Positions 39,115-49,196 of a stretch of 64,000 nt of DNA are shown one piece after another. Below the pieces are notes generated by a model. The model saw nothing but the letters and a program-made list of their open reading frames with translations, was not told where the DNA came from and did not search any database. Every line of letters starts with the position of its first letter. Position 1 is the first letter of the stretch. A program made the position numbers and the translations under genes. The stretch is taken from the NCBI GenBank assembly GCA_028713675.1, contig JAQTNV010000001.1, positions 73,879-137,878 on the forward strand, given 5' to 3'. The stretch comes from a bacterium. GTDB taxonomy: Bacteria > Desulfobacterota > JAPLJL01.

Positions 39115-41007
39115 TCAGCCCTCTTCCGGAAACTCCTGCTTCAGCACAGTGATGCCTTCCGAATCTTCCACAACCTGAAACCCCATTTTTTTAAAAACCC
39201 AGAGCATGTTGCCGTTTCTCATCAGGACCTCCGCCTGAAATCCGCGCAATCCCCGTTTCCGCGCCAGGCTCCGCAGGCAGGCCACCAGCTCGGTCCCGAT
39301 CCCCTGGTTCTGGAATTTATCCCTCACGGTCACCGATATTTCCGCGTAATCCGATCCCGGCTTCGTATTGTATTGACCCAGGCCGACGATCTGTTCGTTT
39401 TCCCCTGCTTCGATCACGGCCAGGATCAACATGTCCTGGTGATAATCAACCGAGAGAAATTCCTTCAGCCGGGTCAGGGGCATGTCCCTGCGGACCGAGG
39501 CGAAGCGCAGATAGAGGCTCTGATCGGAAAGCGAGTAGAAGAAGTCCCGGACCAGCGATTCGTCGCTGATCTTCACCGGCCGGAGAAAAACCTTGAACCC
39601 GGTCTTGGTAGTCCGCAACGCCTCCAATTCCCTCGGGTATTCCTCCCCGATCTTTTCCGCCTCGAAGGAATGGTCCTCGCTCACCAGCTTCAGGACGATC
39701 GCCCGCCGGATCAGCTGCCGGCGGAACCGGGGATGGGCGATCGTGATCATCTCCAGGGCCCGCTCCCGGATGCTTTTGCCCTGGAGCGAGGCGGTCCCGT
39801 ACTCGGTGACCACGTAGTGGATGTCCGCGCGGTTCAGGGTGGCCCCCACCCCGCCCTTGAAGAGGGGCACGATCCGGGACACGTTTCCGCCTTTGCCGGT
39901 GGAAGGCATGACGATGATCGTCCGCCCGTTGACGGAAAGGGACGTCCCGCGGATGAAATCCACCTGTCCGTCGATCCCGCTGTAGCGCGGCCCGCGCACG
40001 GCTTCCGAAGTCGCCTGCCCGGTCAGGTCGATTTCGAGCACCGTGTTGATCGCCACCATCCGGTCCTGCCGGGCGATCATCACCGGGTTGTTGGTGTAAT
40101 CGATGGCCCGGAGCTCGACCGCCGGGTTCCGGTCGATGAACTCGTAGGTGTCTTTCCTCCCCATGCAATAAGCGGCCACGGTCTTGCCCTGATCGAAGGC
40201 TTTTTTCGAATTGTCCACCGCCCCGGCCCGGATGAGATCGACCAGGCCGTCGGTCAGAAGCTCGGTATGCACGCCCAGGTTGTGCTTGTTTTTCAGGTGG
40301 GAAAGAACCGCGTTCGGCAATCTGCCGTAGCCCACCTGGAGGGTGTCCCCGTCCCGAACCAGCTTGGCCACCTGCTCCCCGATCTTATTGAGGACATCAA
40401 CGCCGATCTCCTCGCCCCGGAGGATCTCGCCGTACTCGAGAATGGGCTCATCATGGGGGACGATAAAATCCACTTCATCCAGGGAAATAATGGCGTCCCC
40501 CCCGGAGAACGGCATCCGGGAATTCACCTGGGCGACCACGATGGCGGCCTTCTCCACCGCCGCGCGGACGATGTCCACGCTCACGCCCAGGCTCAGGCGC
40601 CCCTCTTCGTCAGGAGGCGAGGTCTGGATCAGGGCCACGTCCACCGGCACGTATCCCCGGCGGATAAAATCCGGCACCCGGTAGAGAAAGGTGGGAATGT
40701 AATCGGTCAGGCCGGCATTGACGAGAGCCTGGGTATTACCGCCGACAAAGAAGGAGTCTATTTTGAAGTTGGGCCCGAGGCCCTCGAGGTCGGGGACGGA
40801 TTTGGCCGGGAAGACCTGAAAGACGGAGGCGTCAAAAAAAGCCTTGGGGTGGGCCTGGGCATAGGCGACGATCGCGTGGACCAGGTGGCGGGGCTCCCCG
40901 CAGCCGGTCCCGATAAAGATCTTCCGCCCCGACCGGATCCGCCGGAAGACCTCGTCCGGGGTGGCGCATTTCTTGGCGTAGAGCTTTTGCATTTCCTGGG
41001 AAAACAC
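39115..41007 (-). CDS. acetyl-CoA hydrolase/transferase family protein fused to C-terminal GNAT acetyltransferase
   Basis: N-terminal ~440 aa are the Ach1/Cat1-type CoA-transferase fold. C-terminal ~170 aa have the GNAT motif (QNQGIGTELV). Confidence 0.82.
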   Translation of the reverse strand: MFSQEMQKLYAKKCATPDEVFRRIRSGRKIFIGTGCGEPRHLVHAIVAYAQAHPKAFFDASVFQVFPAKSVPDLEGLGPNFKIDSFFVGGNTQALVNAGLTDYIPTFLYRVPDFIRRGYVPVDVALIQTSPPDEEGRLSLGVSVDIVRAAVEKAAIVVAQVNSRMPFSGGDAIISLDEVDFIVPHDEPILEYGEILRGEEIGVDVLNKIGEQVAKLVRDGDTLQVGYGRLPNAVLSHLKNKHNLGVHTELLTDGLVDLIRAGAVDNSKKAFDQGKTVAAYCMGRKDTYEFIDRNPAVELRAIDYTNNPVMIARQDRMVAINTVLEIDLTGQATSEAVRGPRYSGIDGQVDFIRGTSLSVNGRTIIVMPSTGKGGNVSRIVPLFKGGVGATLNRADIHYVVTEYGTASLQGKSIRERALEMITIAHPRFRRQLIRRAIVLKLVSEDHSFEAEKIGEEYPRELEALRTTKTGFKVFLRPVKISDESLVRDFFYSLSDQSLYLRFASVRRDMPLTRLKEFLSVDYHQDMLILAVIEAGENEQIVGLGQYNTKPGSDYAEISVTVRDKFQNQGIGTELVACLRSLARKRGLRGFQAEVLMRNGNMLWVFKKMGFQVVEDSEGITVLKQEFPEEG

Positions 41008-41267
41008 GGATTTTCCCTCCGGGATCTGATTTTCATCCCAGACTCACGGCCTCGGCTGATTTTTCCGGCTTCATTAATATTTTAGTCCTTTAACCTGATT
41101 AAGGAAAATATCCGCTTTCTCAAACCTCTCCCTCGGCTTGTCCCCTATAACTTCTCGTTTACTTTGAATTGAGATAGAATGATTTTCATAAAGAAAAACA
41201 GAGTTTTCCCATTTCATTCATCCCCTTTTGATTCCGATGGGAGCCGGGGGAGAAGGAGAGAATAATC

Positions 41268-42086
41268 ATGAAAAAAACCGTTATCTTGTTGAGTATTATG
41301 TGCCTGTCCCTTCTGAATGTTGGGGTTGCCTTAGCCCAGGAGAAAGACGCGGAAGGCTGTAAGGATCATCCCCTGATTTCGAGGATGAATAATTATTATA
41401 TTTCCTCCTGTGAAAAAAACTTCAATTCGGTCGATTTTTATGTCAAAGAAGGCACCAAGGCCCTGGAAGGAGAGAGGACCTATTTAAAATATACCCTCCA
41501 AGAAGGGTCCCCGCAGCCCAGCTTCCTGCAGGTCCGCCGCAATTACGGCAACGCGGTAAAAAATATTGGAGGGACGGTCATTTTCGATGAGGATCGACGG
41601 AGCACATTCAAGGTGACCAAAGGAGGAAAGGAAACCTGGATCGCCCTGGAGGTCTTTAACGAAGGGCGGAATTATGATCTGGTCATCCTCGAAATGGAAC
41701 CCATGACCCAGGAAGTGACCGCGGACGCCATGTACGGCGCGTTGAGTAAGGACGGGTTCATCGCCCTCTACATTAATTTCGACACCGGCAAATCCGAGAT
41801 CAAACCCGAGTCTCAAGGGATCGTGGAACAGATCGCGGCGCTGCTCAAGGCCCACCCGGAGCTCAAGGTGAGCATCGAAGGCCACACCGACAACGTAGGG
41901 ACCCCGGAGAGCAACAAGACCCTCTCCGCGCTGAGGGCCAAGTCGGTAATGAACGCGGTCGTTCAAAAAGGCATCGCCGCGGCCAGACTGACGGCGGTCG
42001 GCTGGGGCCAGGAGAAACCGATCGCGGATAATCGCTCGGAAGAAGGCAAGGCCAAGAACCGCCGCGTCGAGATCGTCAAAAAGTAA
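41268..42086 (+). CDS. OmpA-family protein (C-terminal OmpA/MotB peptidoglycan-binding domain)
   Basis: Signal peptide. C-terminal SIEGHTDNVGTPESNKTLSALRA...RRVEI. Confidence 0.85.
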   Translation: MKKTVILLSIMCLSLLNVGVALAQEKDAEGCKDHPLISRMNNYYISSCEKNFNSVDFYVKEGTKALEGERTYLKYTLQEGSPQPSFLQVRRNYGNAVKNIGGTVIFDEDRRSTFKVTKGGKETWIALEVFNEGRNYDLVILEMEPMTQEVTADAMYGALSKDGFIALYINFDTGKSEIKPESQGIVEQIAALLKAHPELKVSIEGHTDNVGTPESNKTLSALRAKSVMNAVVQKGIAAARLTAVGWGQEKPIADNRSEEGKAKNRRVEIVKK

Positions 42087-42116
42087 GAAACAAAAAGGAT
42101 AAATTTTAAAAGATTG

Positions 42117-42151
42117 AAGGCAGGACCATTTCCGGTCCTGCCTTTTTTTTA
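42117..42151 (+). terminator. rho-independent terminator (ggcaggacc-atttcc-ggtcctgcc + T8)
   Basis: Perfect 9-bp stem followed by a T-run downstream of the ompA-like gene. Confidence 0.8.
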
Positions 42152-42204
42152 AAGATAGAAAACCAACAATCTGAATAATTAAAACTTTAAATATTATTTG
42201 ATTA

Positions 42205-42765
42205 TTATTCCTCTTTTACTTTCACATTCAGACTGCCCAAGGTTTCCGCCTCATCCCCCTTCCCGCGAACGACTTTTATCTCCCAATCGCCGGCGGATCT
42301 GGGGGTAAACATTTTCCAGGTCCGATACCTGATTGAACCCGAAACGCTTAATTCCTTCGCACTCTTGGTCTCTCCCCCCTGGTTAAATTGGACCACAATG
42401 TCATTGATTTCATCGTTTTCGGGAGTCAAGTATGACATCCAGAAATAATAAGATTTTTCTTTTACGAGATTGGAGGGAGACACCTCATCAACGCATTCAT
42501 TCTTGTTGTCCCCTTCCGGTTCAATGTCTTTACAAACCTTGATCTCGACCAGGACGGTTCCCTTGCCTCTTCCCTGGTAATAGAAATCAAGAAAACGCTT
42601 CGCCTCATCGGGAGTAGGCTTGCCCGTTGCCGGCGGCGCGACTTTTTCCCGGGCCGGGGATGCGGCCTTTTCCTCGGCGGGGGGAGCAACTTTTTCCTGG
42701 GCCAGCGCCGCGAAGGGCAGGAGAAAAACACATGCCGTCAGCGCCAAACACCGCTTCATTTTCAT
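42205..42765 (-). CDS. secreted hypothetical protein with EKVAPPA repeats
   Basis: Signal peptide. Start set at the ATG with an AAAGGGGAA RBS. Confidence 0.55.
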   Translation of the reverse strand: MKMKRCLALTACVFLLPFAALAQEKVAPPAEEKAASPAREKVAPPATGKPTPDEAKRFLDFYYQGRGKGTVLVEIKVCKDIEPEGDNKNECVDEVSPSNLVKEKSYYFWMSYLTPENDEINDIVVQFNQGGETKSAKELSVSGSIRYRTWKMFTPRSAGDWEIKVVRGKGDEAETLGSLNVKVKEE

Positions 42766-43021
42766 GACCGGTTCCCCTTTCATTTATATCGCCGGGAGCA
42801 ATTAAAGTTTTCCCTTTAATAAACAGAAGATCGGGAAGCGCCCATGCGCCCCGCAAGCATGAGTTCGATCCGCCATTATTATATTCGTTGATTCTATATG
42901 TTTTCCGCCAAATTAGGAACAATCGGGAGTGGGGCCGGGTTCCGTCAGTTCCGTTGCTTGGCCCCCCGCTGGAAAAACCGTATTGAACCGGCGATAACGC
43001 CGGCCAACTGAGGATTTCGGG

Positions 43022-44353
43022 TTAAAAATCCGAGTTGTAAGATAGCGTCAGCCCCAGGTTCCAGACAGTCCCGCTTGCAGAAACCGAAGCGGCCCTTCCG
43101 GTCTTTTCCATCGTCCGCTCGGGCATCACCCGGTACTGACCATGCATGCTCACCGAGACCAGATCGGAAATCCTGAGGCCCGCCCCCATTGAAAAGGCGT
43201 GGGTATCCAAGTCAATAACCGTAGTATCGCCCGCTTGGTCCGGCACCGCGCTGGGCCGGAAGAAGTAACCGCCCCTGATTTTAAGAAAGGAGAGAAGATC
43301 GTATTCCAGCCCAACCCGGGGAACCCAGATATCCTTGAACTTCTTGAATTCAACGGAGCCGCCGCCCAGTAATTCCGATTCCAAATAGGGTGGGGTGAAA
43401 TCGGACCAGGCGGAGCGGGTGGCGGCCAAACCCACGACCAGTTTTCGGGTCGGATTGAAACTGAGCCCCAATCCCCACTGCCCGATATGGAACAAATCAT
43501 AGCCGTTACCATCGCCGGATATGGGCCCTAAATTCAGATCCATACCAAATTGCATCGACATGGTCCGGCTGTAATTGACCCCGAGCTTTACGCTTTTCAA
43601 GATTTCGTTATCCGAATTTTCCATGGGTTTGATCAGAATCCCGGCCACCGGCGCCATATCCAAGGGCATTTCCAGATTGAACCTCGCCCCCTGGGACCCC
43701 TCAATATTCATGCCTCCCTGCCCGTCGAAGAACCCATTGACCCCGGCCCCCACCGAAATCCCGGGGATATTCCAACCGAAAAACTTTTTCGCCATCCCGG
43801 AAAGGTTGAAACCGCCGGCGTAAATCATGTTCAATTTGTTCGGGTAGTTGGTATATTCTAAAAACACCGGGTCGGCCTTATCGACGAATAAAAAGCGAAT
43901 GCAATATTCCACCCCAACGCTAAACATAAGTCCCAAACTGAACAGGCTTTCTCCCGAGGGGGTTTGCACAACCGGTAAGACGGCGCTAAATCCCACGTGA
44001 TGGATCTCATCCACATCCGTATACGATTTCTCCAGCTGATCGACATTTGCTTTCCGCAACCCTTCCAGGGCGCTCCAGTCCCCCGACAGATCCAAATGCA
44101 GGTTGATGTTATTTTGAATCGCGAAGAATTCGATGTTTATTTTTTTGATTTCGGTGAGAGCGCCGACGTTGTAATAGAGCGCGGTCGAGTCGTTGGCGGC
44201 CGCGGTGCAGGCCCCCCCCATCCCGACACACCGGGATCCCACGCCGTAAATATCAAAGAACCCCTCCGGCCAGGCATTCCCGGGAACCCCTCCGGCCAGG
44301 AGTAAAAGTCCGAGGAAGAGCAGCACTGTTCCCCGGAATTTTTTCGCTCTCAA
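43022..44353 (-). CDS. outer-membrane transport protein, OMPP1/FadL/TodX family (paralog 1)
   Basis: DIYGVGSRCVGMGGACTAAANDSTALYYN N-terminal hatch motif and a C-terminal aromatic residue. TTG start proposed with a GGAGAGGAAG RBS, because the track start overlaps the upstream gene. Confidence 0.75.
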   Translation of the reverse strand: MRAKKFRGTVLLFLGLLLLAGGVPGNAWPEGFFDIYGVGSRCVGMGGACTAAANDSTALYYNVGALTEIKKINIEFFAIQNNINLHLDLSGDWSALEGLRKANVDQLEKSYTDVDEIHHVGFSAVLPVVQTPSGESLFSLGLMFSVGVEYCIRFLFVDKADPVFLEYTNYPNKLNMIYAGGFNLSGMAKKFFGWNIPGISVGAGVNGFFDGQGGMNIEGSQGARFNLEMPLDMAPVAGILIKPMENSDNEILKSVKLGVNYSRTMSMQFGMDLNLGPISGDGNGYDLFHIGQWGLGLSFNPTRKLVVGLAATRSAWSDFTPPYLESELLGGGSVEFKKFKDIWVPRVGLEYDLLSFLKIRGGYFFRPSAVPDQAGDTTVIDLDTHAFSMGAGLRISDLVSVSMHGQYRVMPERTMEKTGRAASVSASGTVWNLGLTLSYNSDF

Positions 44354-44385
44354 AAAAATCTTCCTCTCCTCTCTATTTCCTTGAT

Positions 44386-45765
44386 TTAATGCTCCCCTAT
44401 CCCCACCAACAGCTCCAGGCCGGTGTACCAAACATTGCCGCTTCCGGTGATCGTTCCGGTCAGGCCGGATTCGCTGTCAAATTTTTCCAGAGTCCGCTTC
44501 GGCATGATGCGATTTTGCGCGAAGGCGGAAATAGTAAGTCTCTCCAGCACCCGATACCCCACTCCCAGGGAAACCACATGGGTATCACAATCGATAAAGT
44601 TCGTATCGCCGGGCTGATCCGGTGCAGCATGGGGCCGGAAAAAATACCCTCCCCTCAGCTTCAAGGATGAATTCAGGAGCCGGTATTCCGCCCCGATTCG
44701 ATTCACCCAGATATCCCGAAAGGGGGTAAATTGAAAATCCTGAGCCATCAAATCCTTTATTTCACCCTCCCCTGTCCAGAAAGGCGGCCGATACTCGGAC
44801 CAAAAGACCCGATCCAGCTCGTAACCAACGCTCAAACTCCGGACCGGGTCAAAACCCGCGCTTAACCTTACGAGCCCGATCGAAAAGCTGTCCGGAGCGG
44901 TGATCGTCCCCGATATTCCCATCATGTTCATCTTTTTAAAATCAAATACCAGGTTCATCCCCCCGTTATAGGAAATCCCCAGCTTCAAGCTTTTCAGGCG
45001 GCCATCATCGAATCGATCGAAGGGCTTGACCAGGATCCCGGCGATGGGGGCAATATCCCAGGGCAACTTAATCGACATGTAGGTGGGCATCATCTCCAGC
45101 GCGCCGGTCCCCAGGAAGAAAACGTTGGCCCCTATCCCCACCGAAATCCCGGGGATTTTGACCTCAAACAACCGGTGGAGAATACCGGAAACATTAAATC
45201 CGGACCCCAAGAGGATACTGAACTTATTGGGATAGTTCGTATACTCGACAAAGATCGGGTCGTTGGGATCCTGGAAGAAAAACCGGGCGAACCAGGGCCG
45301 TAAGGGCGCGTTAAAAAGAAACCCCATACTGAACAGGGGCTTCTTGGCCGCATCCTTCCATAAGGCCGCCACCGTTCCTAAATTGATATAAGAAAGTTCC
45401 TGGAGGTCGTTCTGAAACCGCGCCTCGATCTCGTCCACGCTCCGGAAACCTAATTTGTCCAGATTCCCGGCCCAGTAATTCCCCCCGAGGGACACCTTGA
45501 GGTTATAGAAGCTTTGCGATACCCCCATATCGGCGCGGAACAGGCCGCTTTCCGGGAGGGCGGCGGGATTATAGTAGACGGCACTGGAGTCATTGGCCAG
45601 GGCGGCGTAAGCTCCTCCCATGGCCACGGCCCGGGAGCCGAGACCGTAAACGTCATAATAACTGGCGCGGACGACGGCAGGCAGGACAAGAACAACAATT
45701 AAAGCTAAAAGGAAGATTGTTTTTCTATAAAACTCCAAAAACCTTCCCCCATTTTTCAACCCCAA
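44386..45765 (-). CDS. outer-membrane transport protein, OMPP1/FadL/TodX family (paralog 2)
   Basis: YDVYGLGSRAVAMGGAYAALANDSSAVYYNPAAL. Tandem with paralog 1. Confidence 0.8.
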   Translation of the reverse strand: MGLKNGGRFLEFYRKTIFLLALIVVLVLPAVVRASYYDVYGLGSRAVAMGGAYAALANDSSAVYYNPAALPESGLFRADMGVSQSFYNLKVSLGGNYWAGNLDKLGFRSVDEIEARFQNDLQELSYINLGTVAALWKDAAKKPLFSMGFLFNAPLRPWFARFFFQDPNDPIFVEYTNYPNKFSILLGSGFNVSGILHRLFEVKIPGISVGIGANVFFLGTGALEMMPTYMSIKLPWDIAPIAGILVKPFDRFDDGRLKSLKLGISYNGGMNLVFDFKKMNMMGISGTITAPDSFSIGLVRLSAGFDPVRSLSVGYELDRVFWSEYRPPFWTGEGEIKDLMAQDFQFTPFRDIWVNRIGAEYRLLNSSLKLRGGYFFRPHAAPDQPGDTNFIDCDTHVVSLGVGYRVLERLTISAFAQNRIMPKRTLEKFDSESGLTGTITGSGNVWYTGLELLVGIGEH

Positions 45766-45869
45766 TACTGTTTTTAACTAAAAGATCATATCAATTCACC
45801 GGAGTCAATAAAAAATTTTCCCCCGGCCCGGTTGAAAAAAACGGAAACGATGGTATTATTCCCGATTGG

Positions 45870-45907
45870 GGACAGGTAGCTCAGTTGGTAGAGCATCGGA
45901 CTGAAAA
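45870..45907 (+). pseudogene. truncated tRNA-Phe(GAA): 5' half only (acceptor 5' strand, D-arm, anticodon stem 5' strand and loop)
   Basis: GGACAGG-TA-GCTCAGTTGGTAGAGC-A-TCGGA-CTGAAAA closely matches the 5' half of bacterial tRNA-Phe. The complementary anticodon-stem strand, T-arm and 3' acceptor are absent downstream. Confidence 0.6.
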
Positions 45908-46350
45908 GGCAATCTGAGCAAAAATCTCATGTCCTTGATATCCCTCAAAAAGCTGGTTTAACCCATTGAAATCATTAATTAATTATTTAATATTATTCCT
46001 TATTATTTTTTATTCGATCTCATCATTTTTTACTATCTCTGCGTCTCCTTTGCGTCTCCCGGTCATGAAAATTTAATGGGAATTTAAATCGATGGAGACA
46101 CTCCCCTCCCCCAGACTTTTATTTAAATAAAGGAAGAACTGGCCCAGCAAGTGGCTCAAGCTCCACTCGACGAGAAATCGAGCAGGAAAATTAGGTATAG
46201 ATTTGGAAATTTAACTTGAAGATTTGTTAGGATGAGGACCGAGTTTTTCAATCCGACTATGCCTCGGGCTTTTACCACCATTCGGGGAGGCCGGGTTTTT
46301 CTTCAGCTGAACCTGGAGGACGAAAGGCGGAGCCGGTAGGCAGGGCGATT

Positions 46351-46686
46351 TCAGAGGATATCGCGGACGAATATTTTCAACTTATGAATCTTTTTCCTTT
46401 CTTTCCCCTTGGCGATTGAAATTACGAGGTCTAGAACCTCCCTACCCTCGGGCGATAGGTTTTCCTTGGAAAAGCATAAGCTGAAAAAATCAGCGGGGGA
46501 GAGTCCCAAGCCCGAAGCAATTTTAATTATGCTCCGGAGCTTCAGGTCCGATTGCGCCCGCTCGATTTCTCCGAGAAATTTCGGATGAATCCCGGCTCGA
46601 TCAGCCAACTCCTCCTGACTTAACCCTCTCGCCTTTCTCAACTCCCGAAGACTGCGTCCGAATTCAGCTGTCTCGCTCTTGCCCAT
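46351..46686 (-). CDS. XRE-family HTH transcriptional regulator
   Basis: LRKARGLSQEELADRAGI HTH_3 motif. Start at the ATG with an AAAGGAG RBS. Confidence 0.8.
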   Translation of the reverse strand: MGKSETAEFGRSLRELRKARGLSQEELADRAGIHPKFLGEIERAQSDLKLRSIIKIASGLGLSPADFFSLCFSKENLSPEGREVLDLVISIAKGKERKKIHKLKIFVRDIL

Positions 46687-46882
46687 AGCGTCTCCTTTTA
46701 AGTCCCAAATTACGCCAGGTCGGGCGAGGATAACCACAATCCAGAGACTACATATCTACTTGAATTAGTAGTCTTACGGTGGTATATAAGACGTATAACA
46801 ACGTCAGAGATTCCCCTGAAGATTTTCCGCAAATGCGGAAAGGGTGAACTTTCCGTGGAGATGAGGCACAGGAGGAGAAAAC

Positions 46883-48094
46883 ATGAAAAGCAAAGCGAAA
46901 TGGTATTTAGGGTTGGCTCTTGGTTTTCTGGCCGGGGTGGTGTTCGTGATCTCCTGCGGGGAGGAGGCGCGGTCCATTGCCCAGGCGGTGATCAAGGCGG
47001 TGGACGTGTCCTTTGACAATTCGGGAACGGACATTGCGGCGACCGACATTCAAGGGCTGGGGACGGAGCTTACGGACCGGATCGCCTCCCTTGAGGGTAT
47101 GGTGACGGAACTGAATAGCTCGGTTCGTGAGTGTTTAGAAAAAGAACCAGCCAGCTATCAGATGCCGGAAAATGAGTGTTTGGAAAAGCAAACAGATATT
47201 TCTAAGGCCCCAGCGAATTGGATAGTCCTCGACAAGCAGACTCGCATCAACGGAAAAGTGATGCTGAATCTACCGTGCACATTATTCCTAAGGTATTTAA
47301 AGATAAATATCACTTATGCCAACGATATGGGCCGGGCTCACATCTATGAGATTCAAGTTTTCGGCCCCGACAATCCATATACAAATCTCGCCTATCGTTT
47401 GGTGGGCACGACGGTAACTGCTATTTCCGGCTCAGCAGCGTATTCAGCAATAGACGGTAATTTTTCGGGGGGATGGATCAGCGATCGAGACAATCCCGGA
47501 TGGGTCAGCGAGGAAGATCCCCATTGGATCATTGTGGACCTTGGACGGAATTACCGAATCGACCGGATCGTAATTGACGCTGGGAATTACTACCAGGACT
47601 ACTTTCTTTTAGGTATGGCCGGGATTCAGATGTCGGAGAATGAGTGTTTGGAGGAGGAGACCCCGGCTGATTGGGTAACCCTCGACGAACAGACACAAGT
47701 AAATGAGACCGTAGCACTAAATCTGACTTGCGCGATGCACCTGCGGTATTTGAAGATCAGCGCAACATATTCAGACGATGCGGGCCAAGTCAATGTTCAT
47801 GAGATTCAAGTGTTTGGCCCGGACACACCGAACACCAATCTCGCCCTGAACAAGACGGTGACTGCCATTTCCTCCCAGGGGGGGAATTCTGGGAACCAAG
47901 GTCCAGGAAGTGCGGTGGATTGGGATTTTTCGAGCAGATGGGCCAGCGAGAGGAATGATCCCGGACCTGCCAGTGTGGAGGTTCCACATTGGATTATGGT
48001 TGATCTCGGACAGAACTTTAGAATTGACAGAATCGTTATCGACCTTGCGGATCACCGCCTGGACTACACCCTGTTGGGAAAGCGGGGTGAGTGA
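46883..48094 (+). CDS. lipoprotein with two discoidin (F5/8 type C)-like domains
   Basis: VISCG lipobox. An internal tandem duplication (IYEIQVFGPDNPYTNLA... / VHEIQVFGPDTPNTNLA...) ends in a discoidin-like beta-sandwich signature (HWI(I/M)VDLG..RIDRIVID). Confidence 0.65.
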   Translation: MKSKAKWYLGLALGFLAGVVFVISCGEEARSIAQAVIKAVDVSFDNSGTDIAATDIQGLGTELTDRIASLEGMVTELNSSVRECLEKEPASYQMPENECLEKQTDISKAPANWIVLDKQTRINGKVMLNLPCTLFLRYLKINITYANDMGRAHIYEIQVFGPDNPYTNLAYRLVGTTVTAISGSAAYSAIDGNFSGGWISDRDNPGWVSEEDPHWIIVDLGRNYRIDRIVIDAGNYYQDYFLLGMAGIQMSENECLEEETPADWVTLDEQTQVNETVALNLTCAMHLRYLKISATYSDDAGQVNVHEIQVFGPDTPNTNLALNKTVTAISSQGGNSGNQGPGSAVDWDFSSRWASERNDPGPASVEVPHWIMVDLGQNFRIDRIVIDLADHRLDYTLLGKRGE

Positions 48095-48188
48095 AACCAT
48101 TTTCCACGAATGTGGAGCGGTAATAGGCCGTCGGTAATTATTAGAAGGGTAGGATCAAAAAGCGATCGGTTAATTTTGGGGGTTACCT

Positions 48189-49196
48189 ATGGATAAAGAT
48201 TATAGACGACTTTTAGAAGATATCGGTATTGCAAAGACCGTTAAGGATGTAAGTGATTTAAAAAAGCAATCGGAAGGATTAGAACGAGGCATAGAAGAGC
48301 TTAACTATAATCAGAGAATTTTAATAGATGAAAATAGGCGGGAGCGAGAGAAAGCAGAAGAACTGGAAATAGAAGAACTTCGTGCAAAAAAAGGTAGTAA
48401 GTTTTTCCATCTTGGAGAAGATTGTTTTGAAAAGAAGAAATGGTCGGAGGCCCTAAACCATTATGAAGTTGCCGCGAGATCCTATCCGCGAGATTGGATT
48501 TTTACCGAGACGAAGGTATTTAGTCAGAAAATGGCACTTTTTCGGATGGCGCAGTGTCTTCTGAATGCAAATAAAATCGATGAGAGCATTCAGATATTAG
48601 AGTCGTTATATGAAAACATCCAAGATTTTGCGGCGGATAAGGATTATTTAAATCTCCAAATTCCAGAAATAAAATCAGAAATGATGATGGCATTTGAAAG
48701 AAAATTAGGTAAGTTATCAAAACAACCTTCTGAAGATTCAGCAATTTTAAATGAAATAAATTTCCTGAAGTATCTTTTATTCCAAATTGATCCGGAAAAA
48801 CATCGCAGCTATGAACCAATTTATTCCAATGTAAAACAAGAAATGGAGAAGGAAAAAGAAGAAAAGAAAAAAGGAGAAGAACAAAGACAGCTTAAAGAAC
48901 AAATCAAAAACCTAAGTGAAAAAAAAGAAGAATTGTTGGCTTACTCAAAATCTGAGTCAGTCGGAGGAATATTGCTCGGTTCTTTTTTTGGGATGGCTGC
49001 CGGGGCTTTCGTAACCTATAGTATGAGAGAAAAGTGGGGAGCATTTTTAAATATCGCTTCTTTTTTTACCATAGTAACCTTGGGAATATTTTTGGGGTGG
49101 CTCGGAGGAAAAAGCAGTCGAGAATACAAGAGAGAAAATTCTAAGATTGATGAGCAAATAAAAGAAATCCAAACCAAACTTTTAAAATATTCATAA
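48189..49196 (+). CDS. coiled-coil protein with C-terminal double TM anchor
   Basis: Long heptad-rich segments and a TPR-like stretch. C-terminal hydrophobic helices GILLGSFFGMAAGAFVTY and FFTIVTLGIFLGWLGG. Confidence 0.65.
   Translation: MDKDYRRLLEDIGIAKTVKDVSDLKKQSEGLERGIEELNYNQRILIDENRREREKAEELEIEELRAKKGSKFFHLGEDCFEKKKWSEALNHYEVAARSYPRDWIFTETKVFSQKMALFRMAQCLLNANKIDESIQILESLYENIQDFAADKDYLNLQIPEIKSEMMMAFERKLGKLSKQPSEDSAILNEINFLKYLLFQIDPEKHRSYEPIYSNVKQEMEKEKEEKKKGEEQRQLKEQIKNLSEKKEELLAYSKSESVGGILLGSFFGMAAGAFVTYSMREKWGAFLNIASFFTIVTLGIFLGWLGGKSSREYKRENSKIDEQIKEIQTKLLKYS

Noticed and set aside
39373-41085. 570-aa plus-strand ORF
   Set aside because: Antisense of the acetyl-CoA hydrolase/transferase-GNAT gene. 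No domain signal.
45870-45940. Intact tRNA-Phe, possibly with an intron
   Set aside because: No complementary anticodon-stem strand, T-arm (GTTCGANTCC) or 3' acceptor follows within the next 500 bp. Only a GTCCTTG fragment is present, so I call it a truncated gene.
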